The translations under genes were made by a program, and so were the position numbers. A stretch of 64,000 nucleotides of DNA, from contig OZ260663.1 in NCBI GenBank assembly GCA_965285935.1, forward strand, positions 92,876,001-92,940,000, written 5' to 3'. Shown in pieces: positions 13,601 through 27,336 of the stretch. Below the pieces are notes generated by a model, which did no database searches, was not told the origin of the DNA, and saw only the letters and a list, made by a program, of their open reading frames with translations. This DNA comes from Ophelia neglecta. Its lineage: Eukaryota. Every line of letters begins with the position of its first letter. Position 1 is the first letter of the stretch.

Positions 13601-16600
13601 AATTTACAGGTTGCCTATTACAACTCCGTGCTCTACAAAGAGGTCATGATCTCGAGTTCCAAATAAAGTGAAAGCAAATCCCTCCGAGGTTTTTTATTAT
13701 CATTCCGATTTGCAGTCTAAAGCTTATTTGTGCAATGCTTTGAAGCTTTTGTTCATCCCCACCCTTTGATTTCCTTACACAGATTATACGTTAAAACGCA
13801 CATATTTACTATTTGTGGTCCAAGTTTCCCCTAGCATTATATATGACCGTTTGATATTACACTAAAGATTATCTGGTATTCATTGTGTACAAGGCAAACT
13901 AACTGTGCTAACCTTAAATACGGCCTTTAATGTAACCAAGATAAGTAAATCACATGACTTTGGGTACAAAGTATGAGGAATCCTCCTACCTGCTGCCGGT
14001 CGACTGTTAAACGCCGATGTTTTGAAGAACAGATCACTGGCACTTTATTACGTACGTGATAAATATAATCGAAAATATTTAACCCTGAATAACCTTAGGA
14101 AGGTCGTTCCACTCTAGCCTCAAGGGTCCGGCGACGTATGTTTACGTTTTGCATATGAACACATTATCGTGTAATTTGCAGGTCGAAAACATTTTCTGCT
14201 ATTTATGCTACAAATTATTACATACAGGGTAATGTACAGCTACGAACAGTGAAATATGGTCCAATAAATGTTTATGGCAATGGGAAAAAGTATAAGCATG
14301 AGTCACACTATTCTAGATCAGTTTAAACGCTAAGCTGTTCAGCTACCCGAGCCTTTAAAGCACATATTTCACAATATAAATGGTGTCAACGGTCATTCAA
14401 CCGCGGATATGCTTCAACTAGAATGCACTCGTTTGAGGTATAGGTGGTAGCTTTATTCTTGTATACCCATTTATTGATGTATTCCCAAAAGTCTTTATGG
14501 AATCACACTATGATCAGTGGTTCCTCTTGGGCAATGATATCACAAGGAAAACTTGCTATTTGAGCCTTGGCCAAGCTTGCAGGTTAATGTATGTCGTCAG
14601 CTGATTCACAAACGCATTAAAATTGGCAAAATAATGAGTCACCGCTGCGGAGTGAGTAATGGCGCCTGAAATTCACAGACATAGCAACGATCAGTAGCTA
14701 GCACTTAATTTGCGATGGTGTACTCCTCTACCATGTTTAACATTTAATTATGCACATTAAGACTGATGTAGTAATTCTTTAGACAAAGAGTTAGAATCAA
14801 ACGGTCAAGGCTAATCGGAAAAAGAAAATCTGAGATCAAGATTGTAAAATTGGTTTAAAATAAAATAGATAACGGGCAAGACTAAACGAATGTGCCATGA
14901 AATCAATAGGAATGTCATTAACATTTCTCCCAAATAATTTAAAATTAGTTGCATTGTCTTCCTAGTTTCTTTCCTTTTTTTTCTTTTCACATACTGTTGG
15001 TGTATTGTATGTATATGCAACACAATTGGAGTCTTGCATCAAGCTTGAAGATCCGGCTCCGCCCTACAGTGCGCTACGCTACGCCGCGTTACGCAAAGAC
15101 GCATCATGCGCCAAGCCGCGCCTCCCTCTCTCTGTGTTATAGAAGGGACACTTGAAGCAAAAGCATCGTTTTGTTTAGTCAGAATACATCCCCAATTTTT
15201 TGTACGTGTAAATTGTTGAATTTATGAAATTGAAGACTACATATTGATTAATACTTATTTCTACATACTGTTTATTTCAAGTACGTATTCACCCGAAGGA
15301 ACAATTATGATTACTGAAAACACCTTCTAGTACGTTAATACAAACAGAATATCGACTCGAATATATGAGAAATAGTTGGCGTGGATAACACATTATTGGT
15401 CGGCAAAAATAGTGTTGACGATAATACAAATACACAAATCTGAACAGTATGACTGCAATTAAAGGTTGTTCCAGGTTTTTGTTGATTAAATCCCACGATA
15501 CTCAGTTAATGATTGGCCGCCCCCTCCAAGTTGTAGTTATATATCTGTCTTGTAAGGTTATTTTTGCTGTTCTAAGCAATAAAAACCAATACAGTTTAAT
15601 GAGTCTGTGTATTTGAATAATGAAGAAAATATTAATTACTGATTTACTGCTCTGCATGTCTCAGTACACCATGCAATTGCAAACATTACTAACAACTTCA
15701 TAGGAATATTATATTCTATTGATCCTCGATCCTATTCAGTGGTTTTGTAAGCATAGTGGGACCATTGACTCCAAACCTTTGGTAAATTCGACCAATTTGG
15801 TACATCTTGTGTGATGCACAATATTAAAGTCGCATTCATATAACTTACTGGGGACATTACATAGTTTTCCTTCGCATTAATCTACGAGCGTTATGTATAA
15901 TAATGAAAGTTGCAATGCATTGTGTGTTATTTCTCATTCAAGGGGAGCGAGAAGCTTAAACCCTAATCCGAAAGCCTGGTCAGCAATTATTTGGCACAAC
16001 AGTACCTTAAGTCTTCATTAGAACATGTGGCTCATCCACCACAGCAAGACATCTGTTAATCAGTGGCATTATCGTGTTGTTGATAAAAATAAATGACAGG
16101 AGGCGATTCCCATCAAACAAAGCAATCTCAATTGTCAGAAATGATCAAATATATCGGCTACCTAGACAACAAGCGTCTCAAACCGAATATGTCATGTCCA
16201 ATAGTATACACTAGGCTTGTAACGAAATCACATGATGCCAATCAACTGCCGTAACCAATGAATGTATCATTGGGTCTTGGAGACTATGGCTTTCAGTGCT
16301 AAATATCGCGTGTGGATACCCGGCAGAGAAATAAAAATTAACTATCAGGAATATTTTTTGATTAGCGGTCCTTAGTCATCAGTAATTTTATCAGGAAGAA
16401 CTCTATCAGGATCAAACCACATCATTAACAAGGGCCATTATAAGCTAATTTATTTAGCTAAATGAAAACTTGGAAATCACCAGCAAGGTATATTGCATTA
16501 GACTTATATCTGTGAATCGATTGGCACCTAATTAAATTGATTTAACACTCTGGTTTAGTTTCGTCCCTACGATATTCACATTCACCAAATATTTGTATAC

Positions 16601-17506
16601 ATTAAGTGAACTTAGAGTTGACAGCTCCTGGATTTGAAGTAATTAAATGAAAGTATTCTTGAGCATTGATTTTGTTATGCTTGACAGGTGCCTGTGTGTT
16701 CAAGCTAAAAGCTTCACCGAGTAAGCCGGGAAACAATGCATTTGTTTGTTCACGCTAGGAACATTTTCAGCAGATAAGATATATATGCTTATGAACCGAT
16801 TGAATTTAAGATAAACGTAGTTCTTTTCCCGTCAAACACAATCCTAAATAATTACAATATTTATGTAGATTTCCCAAATTTTCTGGGATATTGATAGTCT
16901 TAGTTCATTCTGAGATATACCTTTAGTGCGGAACTTATTTGTTGTGGGTTGAAAAAGGACCGACTGGACAGAGCGGGAAGATACGGGAGGGGGGGTGGGG
17001 GGCGGGAGGCTAGGGGGGAGCATGCAATTATGTCAGGAAAGACCACGAAATATAAGATAAAGAGCAGATGGTAGCATTTAATTGTTTTCTAAGTGCATCA
17101 AAAAATGCAAATTAGGTGCTTATATAATTTTGTCTCTGTAGAAAATAATTCACGTTTTAGCATAAGCATATGTTCTTGTACACAAGATGACATGCATAAA
17201 TTTTACATGAAATACCCGTGGTAGTATTAACGGCTTCATAAATACTTTCCAACAAGGAGTTGTATAGAATATATTCTAGATTTATCCAAATGCATACGAT
17301 CATGTGGACTAGCGGCGTTCCCTGCGCAAAAGTTTAACTCGACCATTGGCTCTGACTCAGTAGGATGGCTTGATGCCACATAATCTCGGTTCAAAATGGC
17401 GTATTCAGTGAATAATACTTAAATATTACTTACTCGAGCCTCCAGCTTCTATCCACATAGGCATGGTCACTAATATTAGAACGACTTCTGTTTGTAGGGT
17501 ATCCAT
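10640..17506 (-). CDS. G2: SUEL-lectin/CUB-like/sushi-like single-pass membrane receptor, ~529 aa
   Basis: Exons 17506-17434, 13193-12903, 12798-12520, 12391-12236, 12034-11873, 11674-11618, 11418-11337, 11129-10640. GT-AG junctions at homologous positions; total 1590 nt, in frame. Confidence 0.9.
15054..15121. promoter_or_regulatory. Conserved CpG-rich intron-1 element (G2)
   Basis: GCGCT ACGCT ACGCC GCGTT ACGCA AAGAC GCATC ATGCG; pentamer-periodic and aligns with the G1 element. Confidence 0.65.
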
Positions 17507-17624
17507 TGTAACACTTTTTAGTATATCCTAACGGTACGTTCTCGCAATAATCCTTAGGCTAAAATAACAACCTTTTTATCCGCGGCTAATAGTGTGTGCA
17601 TCCCACCTAGACTGTTGTTTCCGA

Positions 17625-17721
17625 CTGGCAGTGTCAGTGTTAGAACTCGATGTGCACAGTACCGCGGCGCCGTGCAATGGGTGGTAAATACAGCGCGGGC
17701 GCAGTGCGCATTATGCTCCGC
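17625..17721 (-). promoter_or_regulatory. Conserved upstream box (G2)
   Basis: Near-identical to the G1 box at the same distance from the ATG. Confidence 0.8.
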
Positions 17722-18962
17722 TCATTCATGCAATTAGGCAATGATTGAAATGGTTCGACTTAGAATATAATTATCATCGGCAAACTTAGGTTGATTAGAC
17801 TTGCTTAGATGGTAAATTTTGAAATGGGTTATTTTATCAATCCAGAGCTTGAAAATCAAGAAGTTAAAACATAAGGCGACTGCTTTTCAAATAGGGCTAT
17901 CACTTTGTGTACCAAGTGTTGTTATTCTGTTGTGCGAGTATTTGCACTCCTATAATATATGCACTCCCATATGGGTCTATGAGCAAAAGCGGATGTGCGG
18001 GTGTTCCAAGATGGCGAAAGTCAAAGTGATGTGGTGTAAACTGTGAAATAATTTCAATTACGGTGTACATGCCAAAGAATCAGTAGTGCTTTGTTATTAT
18101 TCCTTCACATTGTTCATTATTATCTATTAAAGGTGATTTTTTCTTTCTCTGATGCAATGGCTGATCACTGCTATTTTGATAAGCATCGCGTTATCTACTA
18201 CAAGAGTGTGTTCCAGGTGTAACATCTATTTCACACAGTGCTTCTTTTACGGTCACGTCAAGCCTTCCATTATGACCGAAATGTACAACTGAATTGTGAT
18301 AGCTAAACGTGGATGATAAAAACCAGTAAAGTTATATGTATCGGATTCCTGTATTTAGGGAACACGTTATGAGCCGTTAAGATGAAGATAATGAAATAGA
18401 AGATATAGAAATAAAATGTTGATGAACTGAGAATAAAATAAATATGGGTAATCTAAGCTTGTTATCCAAGAGAGCTGGACGATTTAATGCTTTTCAATGA
18501 GAACTCCATCGCAGTGATCGAAAAAAAAGATGAAAAATAGTTCAAAAGTAAGAAGGGTCCAACACTTTTATACAATACATGTGTTTAATATTAATATATA
18601 AAAACAGCAAGTACAATTACGGTTTGAGCTGTCAAGCCCGCAAAGTGCTTGTAAGCATAAAACTTTCAAATCGAAATATTTTAGTAGTGGCAATCACGCA
18701 GTCCTAATATAAGCCTATTGGTATTTATAATTTCAAAAAAAAGCATTTTAACCTCTATGAATACGGGGCTTAAAAGCGGAACAATCTATGTGTCGGCAAT
18801 CCTTCTGTTAGAGATATTTATGCCACCCATCCGCTTGACAAAGGTACGGAATATTTGTCCTGTACAAAGATACCCATAGCATCACATAAAGTACACAATT
18901 CCTAGGCAGCTTATTTGCATCAAATATCTAAACCAACTATGTTTCCGAACGTTTGTGTTCTG

Positions 18963-21900
18963 TCACTGTGTCTTAGTGTCGCATTCCGTGTGCTCACGTG
19001 GTGGTTCGCTGTCCACATGGGCGTGGGTCGTGTCTAACTCGAGACAAAGCGGGTCAGTAGTGTCACTCTCAGTGCGCGTGCTCCGCACGAACGTTGGAGA
19101 CTCATATTTGTGTTCGGTCATAGGTGGTTTGAACATGGAACGGTTAGAATCCCGCTTGTAGCGGTCATGGCTTAGTGTCCCGTCTATTGTATGGTTACAA
19201 GCGTCAAGGAACGATGGTGACGGTGGTAAAGGCAGCGGCGGAAACCGTCCCTCTGGTGTCACGGCTTCCGGACGTACAGCCATCTGTCTGTGGGCGGTAG
19301 ATGTGTACTCCCTTCCTGTATGATATTTCGGAGGTCTACTTTCGCTGAACAGCATGGGATCAAGCTCTTTAGCATAATAGTGAGAAGGAGGCAAGTATTT
19401 TTCCGCCTCCATCTGAGGATTAGGCCTAGGCGTATTCATCGCGTCATGCTTCCTGATATAGAACAAGGTTGGCGTAATGTTATTTTACGTATTTATGTCA
19501 ATACTTCTTGAGCTTTGAAGCAGATCGGTCTATGTTTTTGAGTAGGATAGCTCGAAAAGGATCGAAATTAGTGTTATTGTTTGCTTAAGCATAGAATTAA
19601 GTATCATTACTAAGCATGGTGAATGTGTGTATATGATGCGTAAAAAAACTTGACACTGACCTTCGGAAACTAACAATACCAATCACAAGTATAGGGACTG
19701 CTATGATAGCGGCAGCGACTATTATAACCACAATCAGAATCCCTGAAATGTGTTTCCATTTTTTAAAAGGCACAATTGTTTAGCTATTTTATGGTAAACG
19801 AAAAAAAACGACACAACACTATGAAACAGCACTAATTTGTGCCTTTCTGCCTCGCCAATTGAAAAAAGAATTATGCGATGCAAACAGATTCACGGTTGGC
19901 ATTATGGTGACTTCATAGTGGTAAACTATATTTACAATCACTGACTTACATTGGGGTAGGGCCTGAGCATCATGTACCAGATTACCGAATGACATAGATG
20001 GTCCCACTGTAATAATAAGATGCATACTACAGACCAAGGAAGGCTTTGCTAAACATGAATCGATAACGTACATAGTCTTTATATAATAAGTCAGATTTTG
20101 ATGCAACATGACTAAAAAACATATGTTCGACATTTCTCTATGGAGGATTTATTTTATGAATATAGTTTTGGTGGTATATTGGCCACGTAGATTATCTAGA
20201 CTGATTGTGTAGACCTGACACGTTGCAGTTCTTGGTTTCCCCGCCAGAGGTCCAGCCCATACCATCACATGACATCCGCCATTCATTTCCCGTCTGGGGA
20301 CATCGCACTAATATCTCCTCCCCCTGCTTCTCGATAACTGTCCCTTCTGGTGGGGCAAATGTTGGACACCCTATGACTGTAACGTAGATAAAATATGTGA
20401 AAGTAAATGTGACCTTTTTGTTATTATTTTGTGATTATTAAATGAATGTTTTATAAATTGAATAAAGAGAATAATTGACAACTTATACTAGAACCAAAGC
20501 CGAATAAAACATTAAGTCAAACATACTTGTTATATTAATGAATGTTACGATGACTGATAATCTGCAATTATAATCTGCTCACCTTCGTACTGCAGTAGAA
20601 AATACGCTGGTTTTTGTGAACGGGTGGGGTCTGTCAAGGCGATCTGGACGCCTTCTGTCCCAGAGATGTATACGACATGTTCCCTTTTGTCACCCCCGCA
20701 AATGGTGATAGTTCTTTCACTTGCACCTGACAATTGATGCGCGCATGATCCGTTATTAAAGTAAACCACTACAACATTTAAAAGTGAGGTTCATACAAAG
20801 TAAATAATCTCATGTACCAGCCCTTGAAGCCTTCCGTACCGTACTATTCTTCTATATTACGCTATTCATGTATGTGTTGCTAATATTTCAGGCAGGACTC
20901 AGTATCAAATTACCTTCTGTAATCCTTGCGTATATTTGACATATACCAGTGGACTTTGGTGGCAGTATTTCAGTCTCCCGGTCACCGGGTTCGACCTCTT
21001 CTGGTCTCCATACCCCATAGTCACGTAGAGTGAGGCGGATTTTCTGTCCAGTGCCACCCCGTACCTCCCACGGACAGTCCTGGGAACCGTGTCGAGTCTT
21101 TCCGGTAATGACGTTAGAGAGTAAGCCTTTGGAACCAACGACCGGTAGCGGGTTTTTGGTACAGGGCGTTGGGGAAGTATAAACTGGAAATATCTACCGA
21201 AATGAGTATATTACAATTGATGACAGCCTCTTTTAATGGTGGGAGGGTTGTTAATATGCATGTACTTGGTGGATATATGTATACCTGAATAAATGGTATA
21301 CAGTGTAGAAAGAAAATGAATTTTTTTTTATTAATAATGTGTCTGTGAATAGTCACATTAAAAGATGGATATACGGCATATCGCCCCCTAAACCCCCCAC
21401 CCCACCCCCTCTCTAGCTTAAAACAAATTAAAGCTATAAAAAATTCAAAACTGATTGAAAACTTAAAATAATTTTGGATAAACAAAAATTAAGGGAATTA
21501 ATGTAAGGCATATAACTGAAATGTTCATTTTTTATTACTCCCTTGACACCGTCTGTTTTAGGTTCACCTACCAGTGAGGCAGTTGTATTCTAACTGAAGG
21601 TACGATTGCAAATTCTGCAAGCAAAGCCATTGATGTCCCGTGACGAGATTTTGATCCGGAAGTTGCAGTTGACATGTCTGCCTACCAGAACAAACCGAAT
21701 CCAAATAGCTTAAAACGTCTACTTGGCATCTTGTGACACCGTCTAAGCGCTTCTTTATACAGCTTCCTCCTGACATCAGCCCGTAGTGCGCTTGCTTCAT
21801 CTGTATTACCTCATTATCCGCACAGCTAGCCTCAAACAGTTTCCAGTTACAGACATCCTCTTTTACTGCCAAATTGCAAAAATAATTTATAAATGTATAA

Positions 21901-24900
21901 GTTCAAACTGAGGAAGGGATACCCAAGCTGGACAACATTTCTCTAGTATTAAAAATATTTCTTGTCTCTGTTGATATCAAAAAGAGTTCAAATCATAGTA
22001 TGTCGGTTTTCAATCGGAGTAATTTTCGAAACGTGGCAAGTCGTCTTTATTTCATCGGTGTTCGCTATGTTATGGATTACCTGGTCATGGGGTTATGTTT
22101 AATTTATGCGCGCTATCCGATTTAGGTTCATCTACCTACAAACGATGGCTGAAATATAGAACCATAACTTACCTGTAATATCCTTCAGGAATTTTACCTA
22201 TACATGTATATGTATATTATTAAACTGCGAACTTATTTTATCGCAAAGTTGCTACTGCCGTTTCATGCGTAAGGTGGCACTTTTTTCATCAGCTGAACTT
22301 ATTACCAAATTAGTATGTCAATACCTGCTTGTGTGTTAAATAGTAGATTCCTTAATGTTTCCTTTCGGCCAAACATTTTTTTTTATTGAATCTTTTGTCC
22401 CTTCCCTTCTTCTAATAGCTCTTTCTCAAAGTATTACAGTTATCATACATATTGCTACCATTGAAAAAAGTGCGGGCAGAGCAAAACTCGTGATTCATAA
22501 TAGCATGTATGTGTACTAAATCCGTGCGTTTTACAGTGTCAAATTCACGTGGAAAATCGTTAGGTCATCCGGCACTCACCTGCGTATCTAAACCATAAGT
22601 TGCCCTTCAAAGAATAAGGTTCGAAAAAAGCTATACTTTGCAAAACCAGGTTTCACGCCCCGCTAGATAATAGACTTATGCATTATGTTCAGAATTTTTT
22701 GTACCCCAATCGTTACAGGCCAGCAATTATGATATGGCTACAGACTACTACACTGTGGTGTTTCTAAATACGGCTAATAATTGTAACTGGGAAAATCAAT
22801 AACCACGACATAAGTGCCTTCCTTAAACCTCAGGAGGGTGATAAATCCCCCCCCCCCTCCCCCCGATCTTTCTCACATTAAACAGGGCAGTCTTCGAAGC
22901 GTAGATAAATGTCACTGTATTAGATACTGGATAAATGTACTATAAACTATTTAGCACTGGATACCGGATGCCATCGAAGCTTTAGGGGATCTGATAGTAA
23001 CTGTTGTCGTTTGACGTAGCATCATGTAATTTATAGAGCAATCATATTGTATCCTACTGTCAGTCACTCATTAAATGCAGATTAACAAACTGTGGAAGTC
23101 GTTACAATAAATGTGTTTCTGCTTGTCGTATAAAAAACATGTATAAACCACCCAATACTAATGTAATCTATATAAGGAAACGATATTGTATAACGTATTG
23201 TAAATGAGGGTCGACAACTTCGGTTTAACTTCTAATGTGCGTCAAGTAGACGGCACCTGTCTCAGATACTAGGTACATCATTTACCTAGCATATCCATAT
23301 ATCCATGTAATTAAGAGATGAACCGATCCTTGGGGAAATAAAATAAGCTAAGCCGTCCCTCTGGGAGGATGAGCTCACCAGGAAAACTTCCTATTTGAGC
23401 ATGGGCCAAGTTTCCATATAACAACGTCATCAGCTGATTCGCCAACGCATTAATAAAGGAAAAAGGGTAGGTCTTCGCTCTCGATTGAGTGTTAGTAGCT
23501 GTCATTCACTGGCATAGCAGCTATTATTTGCTGACGAGTTCCTCTCCACTATTAACTCTAATACCGATGCTTAGCACGAAAGTATACATGTTAAGATTTA
23601 TATTTTAATCTGTTAGATATTATAAGTAAGAACCAGACTGGGATCAATAATGATTTAAAGACTGTAATCATTACATTGGTTCAAAATCCCAAGAAACCAC
23701 AATATCAAGACCAGAACCCCAGTACCAAAACTAAAAAAAAATTTCAAATGTAAATTAGGACTGGGTAGCATGCTTTATAAGGAAATGATATCATTAGGCT
23801 TTACGAAGAATTAATAAACGGCTCCCGCGCCAATGTGCGCAATGCTACGCCGCGCTTCGCCGAGACGCGTCATGTGCGACGGTGCCGCAACGCGCCTATC
23901 AAGCAGATTTGTCAAAAAGGGTAATAAAGGGGAAACAATATGAGGATGGTAGGTTAGCTTAATGTCGTTAGGTTAAATGTGGCTTCTCAGTTCAATCGTC
24001 GGATTATTGTTTTCCTATTATGAATATAAATATCGCACTGTGATATAAAAATGTGGAATGTCGAAGCTAAAAGGTATCTTATGCAAACTTGTTTTGATGT
24101 TTGCCTATATATATGGTGACCTTAATATATAGGTTCACAGAAAATATTTGTTGTCCATGCAGAAGTAAGAAATTGTGGCAGTATTGAATAAGAATGATTA
24201 TTCTGGTCTAACTATCCAACAGTAGGAAAATATATAGTTGACGAATGAAATGTTTTTTCCTTGTTAAACTTTGTAAACCATTATACCACACATAGTATGC
24301 CCAAGGAAAAAATAAAAGGAGACACTTTATCCGATTATTTTATTTTGGCACAATCCTATCTAACCCTCTATAGCTGGGAATTGATGTTTGCGGATCTAAC
24401 CGATTTAACGGGCAATTAACGACCACAGAATTTAGATAGTCTGCCGGATATCCACACCTGTTCTTTTAATTCGTTCTTTTCATTAGTTTTTTTTAAAACA
24501 TGTGTTTACTATTTGAGAACTTCACGTCAATGTCGAAAACAAGTTTAAAAAAATATGGAAACATTATCGTGTGTATAGGTTAAGCGCTTTGTCATTTAAC
24601 TAAGGATGGAGACTGCATCCACTGTGGTTTCAATATATTTGGTTTACGATTGAAATTGCCAAACGATGAATCAAAGCTAAAACAACACAGTGTAGTTTGT
24701 TGATACATTTAATTTTACATAGTAGGAATGCTCTTAACTGAATAACACTTATCACACTTTCGTGTTCAACATTCACTACAAAAACATATTGGAGCCATTC
24801 ACCTCTAAACGTTAACAAATGTATTTTCAGTGCGTTGGTTTGATTGTAGATAAGTGTGTTATCTTAATTGCAAAAAAACAAAACAAATCATAATGAGCTT

Positions 24901-26424
24901 TAGGGTACTTTTTACGCGAGGGCTTATTCATAGACCACATGGTAGAAAATCAATCGATTATTGCATTGACCTACGGTGTGAAACATGTAGCTACGCATTT
25001 TAGTGCCTGTTGTATGACATAAGGATTGTATTCCATTTATGGATAGTGAGAAATGAAAACCAGAAATTGTTAGCAGTAGTTTGAATAAAAGTTTCTTATT
25101 TCTTCATTACCGCCTGCTTCATGCTCGACCACATATTATCAATACACAGGGACATTATGTGCTTAAATTTTCTTATATATCAAATAACATGATACTGTTA
25201 ACTCCCTTAAGAAATTGTCAACACCATGTTCCCTAAGACTTCTATTTGTGTGTTATCTTTTTAATTTAATGAGCATAGTCAAAGTTAATTTCGTACCGAT
25301 TCATATTTGAGAGCTTGTTGTTGAAGTTCTATATCCGAATTTTTATTATAAGCCTAGGTGTCAATTTATCAAGACAAGGATTTGCTTCTTACTCATTTAC
25401 AAAATCAACACCATTTGGCCTAATTCTAGTTTTTGCCTTTGACTTATTAATTTATTTCTAACATTTAAATATATTTTCGTAAGTTATTATGCGCCTAGCT
25501 TTTGTATAAACATATAAAGCAATGCTTCTAAATCACTTAAAGCATTGTCAGGCCATGTGACCCAAGACTTATCTCTGTGTTGACATCATATAAACTTAAT
25601 CATCGCATTCAATATTTGGTTTCTTACCTATTAAACGTTTACTGGCTAGTGGTATTGTACAAATCTATAGCTGACAGTTACTGTCTCTGAAACAGTTTTA
25701 TTAATTATTCCTGGTTACTGGTTTTGTTCCGTTTTCCGGTTATATCTCAGTATGTTTTTCTCTATACTGCAGAAGTATTTACAACTAAACGAGTATCAAA
25801 AGAAGGAATGAACAGACAATCATAGTTCTATATTTCCCAATAGACAAGCGTTCAATGATTATTATGAATTATATTCTATTTTCATATTTGTTCCGTTCGA
25901 TTTATGTAAATTTTCCCTTATCGTAGGAAAACCCTTCCGGCGGAAATCATTTAATACCAGTTGCACTTGATAAAGGGGAGGAAAAAACAGTTTATGAGAA
26001 TGGTAATATAATTGAATTTTACTTTATTGCTGCCTCCTCGACGAATATGTGCTTAAATACCATCTCCGTTGAAACTTGTGCACACGTAAGCATAATCATG
26101 AGTTATCATAGATCTATTGATATGAAATAGATCCGAGGCAACTTAATATCATGGAATACATGTTCCATTTATAACAAAATAAACCATGCGGTTTCGATAG
26201 AAATGGTAGGTATATAAAAGAGACTGAACATTCCGAACATATCAGCAATAGGATAATTCGTACAGTGGCTCTCACTTAGTAGGATTGCTCAATGCAACGT
26301 ATTTGATGGTTCAAAATGGCGTAGTCAGTGTAATACATAAATAGCACTTACTCGAGCCTCCTGTTTTTATCCACGTAGCCATGGTCACTAAGATTAGCAT
26401 AAATTCCTTCAGCACAGTATCCAT
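18963..26424 (-). CDS. G3: SUEL-lectin/CUB-like/sushi-like single-pass membrane receptor, ~523 aa
   Basis: Exons 26424-26352, 21865-21572, 21183-20914, 20726-20583, 20376-20215, 20006-19950, 19742-19661, 19452-18963. GT-AG; total 1572 nt, in frame. Confidence 0.9.
23819..23895. promoter_or_regulatory. Conserved CpG-rich intron-1 element (G3)
   Basis: GCGCA ATGCT ACGCC GCGCT TCGCC GAGAC GCGTC ATGTG CGACGGTGCCG; aligns with G1/G2. Confidence 0.65.
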
Positions 26425-26541
26425 TGTAACACTGTGTTTATATCCTAGCGTCACAGACTCCAATTAATCCTCAGGATATAATTAACATTGTTTAATACGC
26501 ATTTAAGTTTGCGTGCATTCCACACAGATTTCAGTCATAGA

Positions 26542-26638
26542 CTGAGAGTGTCAGCGTTAGAACTCGATGTGCACAGAACCGCGGCGCCGCGCAATGGGTG
26601 GCAAATACATTTCCGGCGCAGTGCGCATCACTTGCCGC
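26542..26638 (-). promoter_or_regulatory. Conserved upstream box (G3)
   Basis: Near-identical to the G1 box; CAGCGCC core changed to CATTTCC. Confidence 0.8.
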
Positions 26639-27336
26639 TCATTTATTCAATTGCACGTACATTGAAATGCGTTGGATTAGGAATAAATTATCACCAGTCA
26701 CCTTGCTTCGATTTAGTTTGTTATATCCGCTTCCAGTTTATTTGTCTCTAACGAAATCCTTTGCGACTGCTTCGGAAATGGGTTGCAGGAATTGAATGGG
26801 GTCGAGAAGTAAAGTTTTCAGAAGATAGTAATCGCGGGTGGCTGGAGGAACGAAGAGAGAGAAGTTTCTTTGACATAAATAAGTAATTATTGATCGATTG
26901 GAATATAAGGGCGGGCATGACAGGTTATGCGTAGCATTAATTTTGGTAAATGATTTACATTTATTACACTGGTAAATGTACATGTACTAAACCTTCATGG
27001 AAATTCCAAAAAGGTCAATGCTGGTTTTGTACATTGCAAGAAAAAAACATTTCGTGTTCACGTATTTAAAATACAAAAAGGAATAAGCTGATAATAAATG
27101 TCTAGTACGAAAAAGCATGACTTGCCGGAAACAGTTTGATTAACTTGCACAATGTTATAGGAGCCATCACACAGTCCAAATACTAATATAGGCCGTTGTA
27201 ATTGCAGGAAAGACATTTTACCGTTTATATAATACGGTGTTTCATAACGAACCAAATTGCACTAACGAGATTTTCGCTATCTTCTGTATATAAAAAATGG
27301 ACACGTTTTCGGTAGTGTGTAAAGGAGCGAATCCAA

